Part shown: positions 17,029 through 24,221 of the stretch, in pieces
How the letters are laid out: each line of letters starts with the position of its first letter
Position numbering within the stretch: the stretch's first letter is position 1
NCBI GenBank assembly: GCA_041557055.1
Contig: JBFFHG010000001.1
Span: 1-24,221 of the forward strand
Direction: 5' to 3'
From: Desulfosarcinaceae bacterium
GTDB taxonomy: Bacteria > Desulfobacterota > Desulfobacteria > Desulfobacterales > Desulfosarcinaceae
DNA: 24,221 nt
Translations under genes and position numbers: made by a program
The notes under the pieces: generated by a model
What the model saw: only the letters and a program-made list of their open reading frames with translations
What the model was told of the DNA's origin: nothing
The model's database searches: none

Positions 17029-18264
17029 TCAAGGAAAACCTTTCAGATGCTTTTCAATCGTATTCATAATGTTGTTCGTGTTTTTGCCTGGTGTGTTGAT
17101 CAGGACCACAAACGGATAGAGGCCGCCATCTGCACCGGACAAGAAACCGGCCCTGGTTCGAATGCCGTTTAAATGGCCGGTTTTATAAAACTGACGGCCT
17201 TCCCGGCGCATCAATGTGTGGTAGGGTTTATATCGCTGCAGGATTTTCAGCATGGCCTGCGCCGTGATCCGATTGTCCCGAGAAATGCCTGAAGCTTCTA
17301 CAATTCGGCCGGTTTTGATTTTCAACTCCTCCTGGTAGTATTTTTTCAATACATGCAACCCCTTATCGACTGTCGCGGGCGCTCCTGAAATCTCTGCCCC
17401 CATGACCAGCAGGATCTGATTGGCCATGAAATTGTTGGAATACTCAAGAAGGTCGGCAACCACTTTACGCAACTGGTGACGGGATTGATAAGGCCAGATT
17501 AATCGATCTGTTTCGGGGGCTGCCCGGCCTTGGCTTATGTCCCCTTTGACTTGTAGTCCAGCCTGATCAAAAAAGAACTTAAACAACTCACCTGTATACT
17601 GGAGGGCTTCGATACTATCGGCTGCCAGGGTAATTCGTCCCCGCGTCAGGCCGGATGCCATGATTTTGGGAAGCACGGAAGGCAGCAGGGGGGTTTGGCG
17701 TTCACCGGTTGTCCAGCGTCCGTTTTTGCGATTGAAGGCCACTGTATTGAAATTGACGCACAGCGCGCCGTTGGGGGCATCGTAGGGTTCTGCGGAGCTG
17801 CCGCGGCCGGGAATTCGGACGGGTCGGTTAAAATAGGAACTATCCAGAATCAGGTTGTTTACAAATGGTATTTGGGTCGCCAAATGTTCAGCCATTGTTT
17901 TCAATTCTTCGGAGATCAGCAAGGGGTCGCCGTAGCCCTTTATTTTCAGGTTGTTTTGGGCGTCCATATAAAAATTCGTTCTGAAGCGGTAATCGGGACC
18001 AAGGATATCAAGCGCCGCCAGGGCTGTAAGCAGTTTAAGGGTTGAAGCTGGAATCAGGGCAAGGTCAATGTTGACCCCGGCGAGGATACGCCCATCCGGG
18101 GCCGCCACCAGGACGGCATCCCCGGCGCCTGTCAGACTCTCCAGTTTTTGGCCCAGAGCATGCGCCGTCTTCCTTTCGGCGGCCCATGGAACGTTGCCCT
18201 TTAGAGCTGCAAGGTTTAGCAGCATAACAATTAGGAAAATATGAAATTTTTGTTGTGAACTCAT
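17029..18264 (-). CDS. dacB: D-alanyl-D-alanine carboxypeptidase/endopeptidase (peptidase S13, PBP4)
   Basis: SxxK (PASTLK), SxN (YSNNF), KTG, plus GYGDP and NFN; hydrophobic N-terminal signal. ATG 18264 preferred over 18324. Confidence 0.9.
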   Translation of the reverse strand: MSSQQKFHIFLIVMLLNLAALKGNVPWAAERKTAHALGQKLESLTGAGDAVLVAAPDGRILAGVNIDLALIPASTLKLLTALAALDILGPDYRFRTNFYMDAQNNLKIKGYGDPLLISEELKTMAEHLATQIPFVNNLILDSSYFNRPVRIPGRGSSAEPYDAPNGALCVNFNTVAFNRKNGRWTTGERQTPLLPSVLPKIMASGLTRGRITLAADSIEALQYTGELFKFFFDQAGLQVKGDISQGRAAPETDRLIWPYQSRHQLRKVVADLLEYSNNFMANQILLVMGAEISGAPATVDKGLHVLKKYYQEELKIKTGRIVEASGISRDNRITAQAMLKILQRYKPYHTLMRREGRQFYKTGHLNGIRTRAGFLSGADGGLYPFVVLINTPGKNTNNIMNTIEKHLKGFP

Positions 18265-18390
18265 TCTGTTGCCCAAATTATGGTGATTGCATTGAAAACA
18301 GCCGTCTCTCCTTTTTTGTGGCACGGAAGTGAATATTTATCAAGATGAAGGAACATTGTCCGATAATAAGGATGAAAGGAAACATCGTTG

Positions 18391-19755
18391 ATGGACAGTA
18401 AGGAGACCCGTCAGTTTTCATTGTTGCTGGTGGACGACGAACCCGCCATTCTGGCATCCTTGAAGCGCGTCTTTTGCAAAGCACCCTACCAGATCCATAC
18501 AGTGGAAAACGGCCGGATGGCTATGGAGATATTGCAGCAGACACGGATCGACGCCGCCTTGGTGGATCTCAAAATGCCGGAAATGGACGGCTTGGAATTG
18601 CTGGAGCGGGTCCGCAGCAAATGGCCTTGGGTGCAAGTGGTGATTCTGACCGGTTTCGGTGGTGTCAAAGAAGCCGTGAAAGCCATTCAGATAGGGGCGG
18701 TGGACTTTCTTCAGAAACCTTTTGAGCCTGAAACCATTGAGGCCTGCATGAATCAGATCTATCACATCTGGTACCTGGAGCAGGAGAACCAGCGGCTCAA
18801 GGAGAAGATCCAATTTCAGTTCGGTTATGATCAATTGATCGGCAATTCAACGGCCATGCTCAAGCTAAAAAGATTGATCCTGCAGGTATCCGGATCGGAT
18901 GCATCGGTATTGATCCAGGGAGAAACAGGTACCGGTAAAGAGCTTGTGGCGCGCGCCATTCATTTCCATAGCCTTCGCAGGAATCATCCCTTTGTGCCTG
19001 TTGATTGCGCCAGCATCAACGAAAACGTGATGGGCAGTGAATTGTTCGGGCATGTCAAAGGCGCTTTTACCGGCGCCCATGAATCCACCAAAGGGTTAAT
19101 CCGTTCGGCTGATAAGGGGACCCTTTTTCTGGATGAGGTGGGGGAGCTGCCTTTGGCCATGCAGGTTAAGTTGTTGCGTTCCATTCAGGAAAAAGAGGTG
19201 CGCCCGGTGGGTGCAAGCCAGAATTACAACGTCGATGTGCGCATCATTGCCGCCACCAATCGAAATCTGGAGGAAGAGGTGGCTCAGGGACGATTTCGGC
19301 AAGATCTTTACTTCCGGTTGAATGTCGTGGTCCTGGGGGTGCCGTCACTCAGCAGCCGGTTGGAAGATATCCCTCTGCTGACGCGTTATTTCATCAATCA
19401 ATTCGGCACGCCGATCAGTTCGGTGGCCCATCTTTCCAATGAAGCGCTGGCCTATCTGAATGCCTATGATTGGCCCGGGAATGTGCGCGAACTTGAGAAT
19501 GTCATTCGCCGGGCCGTGGCCATGGGGCAGAATCGAGCCATTATGCCAGGCGACCTGCCCGAAAATATATACGCCGGCAACAATTTGGCCGGCTGCTCCA
19601 ATGGCATAAGCGGGGAAAGTCTGGCCGCCTACGAAGTGTCGGCCATTCGTAACGCCCTGCTCAAGTGCAACGGCCACCGCAAGAGAGCCGCCGGACTGCT
19701 TGGTATTGGAGAGGCCACATTATACCGCAAGCTGAATAAGTATCATATCGAGTGA
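18391..19755 (+). CDS. Sigma54-dependent response regulator (REC - AAA+ - Fis HTH, NtrC/AtoC family)
   Basis: REC LVDDE / VDLKMP / LTG / KP; GETGTGKE, GAFTGA, FLDEVGE, AATNR, FRQDLYFRLNV, WPGNVRELEN, ATLYRKL. Start 18388 (TTG) or 18391 (ATG). Confidence 0.96.
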   Translation: MDSKETRQFSLLLVDDEPAILASLKRVFCKAPYQIHTVENGRMAMEILQQTRIDAALVDLKMPEMDGLELLERVRSKWPWVQVVILTGFGGVKEAVKAIQIGAVDFLQKPFEPETIEACMNQIYHIWYLEQENQRLKEKIQFQFGYDQLIGNSTAMLKLKRLILQVSGSDASVLIQGETGTGKELVARAIHFHSLRRNHPFVPVDCASINENVMGSELFGHVKGAFTGAHESTKGLIRSADKGTLFLDEVGELPLAMQVKLLRSIQEKEVRPVGASQNYNVDVRIIAATNRNLEEEVAQGRFRQDLYFRLNVVVLGVPSLSSRLEDIPLLTRYFINQFGTPISSVAHLSNEALAYLNAYDWPGNVRELENVIRRAVAMGQNRAIMPGDLPENIYAGNNLAGCSNGISGESLAAYEVSAIRNALLKCNGHRKRAAGLLGIGEATLYRKLNKYHIE

Positions 19756-19775
19756 TGGCGGTATCCGACGCCCGA

Positions 19776-19979
19776 TCAATCTGGTTTCCTGCTTTTGAGA
19801 AACAGTGAAAACGTCTCTGTTACATCATTTTTTAACAAACACTGGGTACAATCCAAAAAAAGATCTTCAAGGGCGGCCCGATTTAAGCACCGATCGTAAT
19901 CCGCACATTGATAATTACGGAAAAACTGGCTGTTGTTGATTTTTTTACCGGGTCTGTAATAGAGGGGGAATGGTTCCAT
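19776..19979 (-). CDS. Small hypothetical four-Cys protein (C-x5-C-x12-C-x2-C), possibly metal-binding
   Basis: 67 aa from ATG 19979 with SD AAAGG; RNYQCADYDRCLNRAALEDLFLDCTQC; converges on the sigma54 regulator with a 20-bp gap. Confidence 0.65.
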   Translation of the reverse strand: MEPFPLYYRPGKKINNSQFFRNYQCADYDRCLNRAALEDLFLDCTQCLLKNDVTETFSLFLKSRKPD

Positions 19980-20381
19980 ATTGAAAACCTTTCTAAGGTT
20001 GTTTGGGTTTTGGAACAATTTCGGTGATGCTCCAATACAGATTTTGGGCCCGGGCAGGGTGGTTTGCGGCCTGTACGGATGGCGGTGATCCAGTCGGCAA
20101 AAGGGTTTTACTGTTTGATATTGTACTGGGTGTAGAAGTAAATATCCACGGAAAGGGCGGCAGAAGTCAAAATTGATTTGGCCCTGTTTCAGGTGTTTTT
20201 CAATTTCTTGCCTTGCAATGGGGATAACTTCTTGTTTCGTTGGATGATAATGGATGGGGAAACCGCTAATACATTCGAAACATAGTAAAAATCAGCGGAG
20301 CTGGTTTTTTGTGCCATTTTAAATGGTTGCTGAAGTTATGAACAAATTGTGAACAATTCGGAACGGTGAAAAACGCTCGTT

Positions 20382-20397
20382 TGCGATCCATTTCACA
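20382..20397. promoter_or_regulatory. CRP-type binding site
   Basis: TGCGA-tccatt-TCACA, 9/10 match to TGTGA-N6-TCACA; intergenic; best such match found when checking TGTGA/TCACA occurrences in the window by eye. Confidence 0.55.
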
Positions 20398-20428
20398 GCT
20401 TTGGTTTGCGCGGTCAAAACTTCATGCG

Positions 20429-20872
20429 TTACACTGGCGTCTCCAGAACCAAAGTGACCGGCCCCTCGTTGGTCAGTAAGACCTGCATCTCGGTGCGGAA
20501 CCGGCCGGTGGCGGTCGCCACGCCCATTTGCCGGACTTTTTGGATAAAGCGGGTATAGAGCACTTCGGCTTTCTCGGGCGGTGCGGCCGCCGCAAAGGAG
20601 GGGCGGCGGCCCTTACGGCAGTCTCCCAGGAGCGTAAATTGGGAGATCACCAGCATGCTGCCGCCCGTATCCAGCAATGAGCGGTTCATCTTGCCGTTTT
20701 CATCTTCAAAAATACGCAGATGGACAATCTTTTCGGCCAGATAATCGACCTCTTGTTCCGAGTCGTCGCGGGCAACCCCCAGCAGAACCGCCATTCCCCG
20801 ACCGATGGAGCCCACCGTATGATTGTCCACCAAAACCTCGCAGTTGCTGACACGTTGAATGACGGCTTTCAC
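20429..20872 (-). CDS. dtd: D-aminoacyl-tRNA deacylase
   Basis: (M)[40 protein letters not shown]; GTG start at 20872, 4 bp after the tex stop. The ORF-track N-terminal extension overlaps tex. Confidence 0.96.
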   Translation of the reverse strand: MKAVIQRVSNCEVLVDNHTVGSIGRGMAVLLGVARDDSEQEVDYLAEKIVHLRIFEDENGKMNRSLLDTGGSMLVISQFTLLGDCRKGRRPSFAAAAPPEKAEVLYTRFIQKVRQMGVATATGRFRTEMQVLLTNEGPVTLVLETPV

Positions 20873-20876
20873 GGCA

Positions 20877-23153
20877 TCAGGATTTTTTAAGTTTGGCCAG
20901 GGCTTCGGCCAACGGGTTGTGAAAGGGCTGCTTGGCACCGGATCCCGGTTTTTTCCCCTTGCCTTTAGGCTGCGGTTTGGCCGGCTTCCCGGCGGCAGGC
21001 TGTGACGACGATGACTTTTGGCCGCTTCGCATGGAGAGGCTGATGCGTTTGCGGGCCATGTCCACCTCCAGGACCGTGACTCTGACTTTTTGCTGAACCT
21101 TGACCACCTCGTTGGGATCGTTGATAAAACGATCGGCCAGTTCGCTGATGTGGACCAACCCGTCCTGGTGCACGCCGATATCCACAAAAGCGCCGAATTT
21201 GGTCACGTTGGTCACGATGCCGGGCAGTTGCATGCCCGGTTCAAGGTCCTTCATTTCGGAGACATTTTCGTCAAAAGCAAATATCTCAAAGGTCTTGCGC
21301 GGGTCGCGGCCCGGTTTGGCCAACTCTTTCACGATATCGGTGAGGGTCGGAACACCCACGGTATCGGTGACGTAATGTTGAATATCGATCTGTTTGCGCA
21401 CGTCGGGTTGCTGCATCAGGTCCATCACGGTGCAGCTAAGATCCGCCGCCATAGCGTCAACGATGGCGTAGCTCTCCGGGTGCACGGCGCTGGCGTCCAG
21501 AGGATTGGCCGCATCCGTTATGCGCAAAAAGCCGGCGGCCTGCTCAAAAGCTTTAGGTCCCAGACGGGGAACCTCTCGCAAAGCCGCGCGGCCTGAAAAA
21601 GGGCCGCTGGCATCGCGATGGCTGACAATATTGCGGGCCAGTTGGGGACCGAGCCCGGAAACATAAGCCAGCAGTTGCGCACTGGCGCGGTTGACATCCA
21701 CCCCCACAGCATTCACGCAGCTTATGACCACATCATCCAGAGTGTTTTTAAGTTCGGTTTGGTCCACATCGTGCTGATACTGACCCACACCGATGGATTT
21801 GGGGTCGATTTTCACCAGTTCGGCCAGCGGGTCCATCAACCGGCGGCCTATGGAAACGGCGCCGCGGACAGTCAGGTCGTGGTCGGGAAACTCTTGCCTG
21901 GCAACCTCCGAGGCTGAATAGACTGAGGCGCCGCTTTCGTTGACCATCAACACAATAATGTCCTTGGGTAGTTCCAGGGCGCGAACAAAAGCTTCGGTTT
22001 CCCGTCCGGCGGTGCCGTTGCCGATGGCAATGGCTTCGACCTTGAAGTCCCGGCATAATTTTTGAACCTCTGCCTTGGCCTTTTCCAGTTGGGCCGCCGA
22101 GGTGTGAGGATAGAATGTGCTGTTGTGCAGCAGTTTGCCCTGACGGTCCAGGCAGACCAGTTTGCAACCAGTCCGAAAACCCGGATCGATACCCATCACC
22201 CGCTTGGCGCCCAGCGGTGGCGCCAGCAGCAGTTGGCGCAAATTGTCGGCAAAGACCGCAATGGCCTCTCTGTCGGCCCGGACCTTGGAATCGAGGCGCA
22301 ATTCGGTCTCCAGAGATCGGGAAAGCAGTCGTTTGTAGCTGTCCCGCAGGGCCATGGCCACTTGTTCCGAATCGGCCCCCTGACCTTTTATGAATAATTT
22401 TTCCAGAATTTCGGTTGATTCCTCTTCGGGCGGCTGCATGTTCAAGGCTAAAATCTCTTCGCGTTCCCCCCGGCGCATGGCCAGGATGCGGTGGGAAGGC
22501 GCCTGGGAGACCGTTTCTTTCCAATCAAAATAGTCTTTGAATTTGCTGCCTTGTTCCTCTTTGCCTTCAATGACGGTGCTTGTGACAATGGCTTTTTGCT
22601 GGAACAGGGCCCGTAACCGCGCCCGGGCGATCTCATCTTCATTGATCCATTCAGCGATAATATATCGGGCCCCCTGAAGGGCGTCATCAACCGTGGGCAC
22701 CTCTTTTTCCGGATCGATAAACGGCTGGGCAGCCGCCAGGGGATCGCCTCCGTTTTGGGAAAAAATAATCTGGGCCAAAGGCTCCAATCCTCTCTCCTTG
22801 GCGATGGTGCCCTTGGTGCGCCTTTTGGGCCGATAGGGAAGGTAAATATCCTCAAGCACGGCGATTGTGTCGGCCGCCGACACCTTCTCTTTGAGTTCAT
22901 CGGTCAGATGCCCGTGCTTTTCCAGGCTGTTGAGAATGGTTTCGCGGCGGCTGTCCAGTTCGGCCAGTTGGTTGATCCGGTCGCGGATAGCCATAATCTG
23001 GATTTCGTCCAGGCTACCCGTGGCCTCCTTGCGATAGCGGGCGATAAAAGGAACGGTGGCGTCCTGGGAAAGCAATTCCCGGACCGCCTCTATTTGCTGC
23101 GAGCCGATGTTAAGTTCCTGGCTGATAATGGTTGTGTGAGCGATTTGGGTCAA
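20877..23153 (-). CDS. tex: Tex-family RNA-binding transcriptional accessory protein (YqgF-like, HhH and S1 domains)
   Basis: [58 protein letters not shown]1 domain [17 protein letters not shown]; TTG start with SD AGGAG. Confidence 0.96.
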   Translation of the reverse strand: MTQIAHTTIISQELNIGSQQIEAVRELLSQDATVPFIARYRKEATGSLDEIQIMAIRDRINQLAELDSRRETILNSLEKHGHLTDELKEKVSAADTIAVLEDIYLPYRPKRRTKGTIAKERGLEPLAQIIFSQNGGDPLAAAQPFIDPEKEVPTVDDALQGARYIIAEWINEDEIARARLRALFQQKAIVTSTVIEGKEEQGSKFKDYFDWKETVSQAPSHRILAMRRGEREEILALNMQPPEEESTEILEKLFIKGQGADSEQVAMALRDSYKRLLSRSLETELRLDSKVRADREAIAVFADNLRQLLLAPPLGAKRVMGIDPGFRTGCKLVCLDRQGKLLHNSTFYPHTSAAQLEKAKAEVQKLCRDFKVEAIAIGNGTAGRETEAFVRALELPKDIIVLMVNESGASVYSASEVARQEFPDHDLTVRGAVSIGRRLMDPLAELVKIDPKSIGVGQYQHDVDQTELKNTLDDVVISCVNAVGVDVNRASAQLLAYVSGLGPQLARNIVSHRDASGPFSGRAALREVPRLGPKAFEQAAGFLRITDAANPLDASAVHPESYAIVDAMAADLSCTVMDLMQQPDVRKQIDIQHYVTDTVGVPTLTDIVKELAKPGRDPRKTFEIFAFDENVSEMKDLEPGMQLPGIVTNVTKFGAFVDIGVHQDGLVHISELADRFINDPNEVVKVQQKVRVTVLEVDMARKRISLSMRSGQKSSSSQPAAGKPAKPQPKGKGKKPGSGAKQPFHNPLAEALAKLKKS

Positions 23154-23293
23154 TGGAAAACTCCTGGCTAAAAGTTAGAAACCGTTTCGATCAACAGGGC
23201 AGTTTCATTTTTACAGAACAAAATAAACGCTTGGGGCCTTTTTCATGCTGGATGACTTAGCATTCAGGCTGGCCCCATGGCAAGTGCAAGGCT

Positions 23294-23322
23294 CTAATAT
23301 GCGCTGGCCAGCGGATTGTCAA
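23294..23322 (-). promoter_or_regulatory. Candidate sigma70 promoter for tex-dtd
   Basis: TTGACA-N17-TATTAG on the minus strand about 140 bp upstream of tex; perfect -35, but the -10 lacks the final T. Confidence 0.35.
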
Positions 23323-23369
23323 GGCTTGTCCTCAGATATCGCTATAGTCTATAATTACGGTTGATTATA

Positions 23370-24173
23370 CCCTGACGTGGCATAAAAAAGATGGCGAAGG
23401 GATTTAACAGCGTTATGCGTATTGAAACATCGTGATTATGGAACAGTTGCATTTGATATTATTTTGCGGCATTTGCCGCGACCAGGCCAACAATCCAAAG
23501 AGAGATATGCGATGGCACGGGCGCTATGGATTCCAAGATCCGCGATTGGTAAGGAAATTTAGGTGAAAATCAATGATAAAACAAACCGTGCTACCATTCA
23601 AAATAGAAGAGACGAAAAATCTGATCACAGCGCATGCCGGACTGGCTCTTTTGGGGGAATTTGCGGTCGGCCTGGGCCTATTGAATGCTCTGGACAAAAA
23701 TTTGCCGACACCAGGCAGTGGCGCAGGCTACCGTGCAAGCGAACACGTATTTACGCTTATTCCAATGCTCAACGGTGGCGGCAGAAGTTTGGAAGATTTA
23801 CGGCAGATCAGAGATGATGATGGTCTGTGCCAAGTTTTGCCGCTGCATAGACTGCCTTCATCGGCTGCCCTGCGGTCAGTTTGAGGCCAATGCGGTATTT
23901 TTTCGCATCGGTTGTTTGGCTTACAACGTTGTCCGGCTATTTGTGCTCAAAACGCCGGACAAGTCTTGGCACCGGCACCAGGTGCAAACACTACGATGGA
24001 AGCTGTATGCGACAGCAGGCAAGATTGTTTTTCGCGGCCGCTATGTTTGGTTGAAGGTCCGGTGACATCTGCGCGGCTTTTTTTTGCTCAGATCCGGGCG
24101 GACAGTTGGCGGTTTGCAAACACTTAGGGCTCGCGCAAAAATAACTTCACATTTTATGCATCACTGCTTCAGG
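23370..24173 (+). mobile_element. Degenerate, internally deleted IS1380-family element (ends uncertain)
   Basis: Transposase fragments as above. Tentative left end CCCTGACGTGGCATAAAA (23370); a gapped inverted match TTTTATGCATCACTGCTTCAGG lies near 24155-24177. No target duplication found; the true right end may be outside the window. Confidence 0.55.
23573..24127 (+). pseudogene. IS1380-family transposase remnant (N-terminal ~97 aa joined out of frame to the C-terminal ~85 aa; catalytic core absent)
   Basis: N-part ITAHAGLALLGEF...GG.SLEDLRQIRDD.GL...LPS; C-part RLPCGQFEANAVFFRIGCLAYNVVRLF...TLRWKLY..AGKIV; junction near 23861-23865; TGA at 24063 and an apparent frameshift in T8 at 24078-24085. 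Confidence 0.85.
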
Positions 24174-24221
24174 TCGTCTTTGCACGATCTGCGACTGCGT
24201 CTGATCTTGGCTTTGGCCTCA

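Noticed and set aside
18319-18334. TGGCACG upstream of the sigma54 regulator
   Set aside because: No GC at the -12 position (reads TGAAT).
23257-23283. TTAGCATTC resembling a CIRCE half-site upstream of tex
   Set aside because: The second half after N9 is CCATGGCAA, not GAGTGCTAA.
24113-24129. TTTGCAAACACTTAGGG as the IS right inverted repeat
   Set aside because: It matches the putative left end only in CCCT.A, and the flanks (TTATA versus CTCGC) give no target-site duplication.
1-24221. CRISPR arrays, rRNA or tRNA genes, prophage genes
   Set aside because: No regularly spaced direct repeats, tRNA cloverleafs, rRNA-like segments or phage hallmark proteins were seen.

Overview
Bacterial chromosomal window. 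The gene style suggests a Desulfobacterota (deltaproteobacterial) genome, but that is inference only. Left to right: (i) a minus-strand unit of pilD, a metallophosphoesterase and a Ser/Thr kinase with a DUF1566-like C-terminal domain, followed by a 22-bp GC-rich stem-loop; (ii) a plus-strand housekeeping block lon-tsaB / greA-rpoZ-ttcA-folE2; (iii) a four-gene accessory signalling cluster (9866-16911) encoding a CHASE2 membrane class III nucleotide cyclase, a 1117-aa FecR-TPR-beta-barrel outer-membrane protein, an unknown Cys-rich internally duplicated lipoprotein and a CRP-type regulator; (iv) dacB, an orphan sigma54 response regulator, a 67-aa four-Cys protein, dtd and tex; (v) an internally deleted, decayed IS1380-family element. 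The cluster in (iii) is the most interesting part. It resembles the alphaproteobacterial CyaK/NsrA/Clr trans-envelope cNMP system. However, both purine-selecting residues of the cyclase are non-canonical (K to Q, T to R), it carries an unrecognised lipoprotein, and its barrel-plus-lipoprotein segment has different codon usage. A 9/10 CRP box lies at 20382-20397. No rRNA, tRNA or CRISPR array was seen. All family assignments come from motif recognition by eye; no database search was run.
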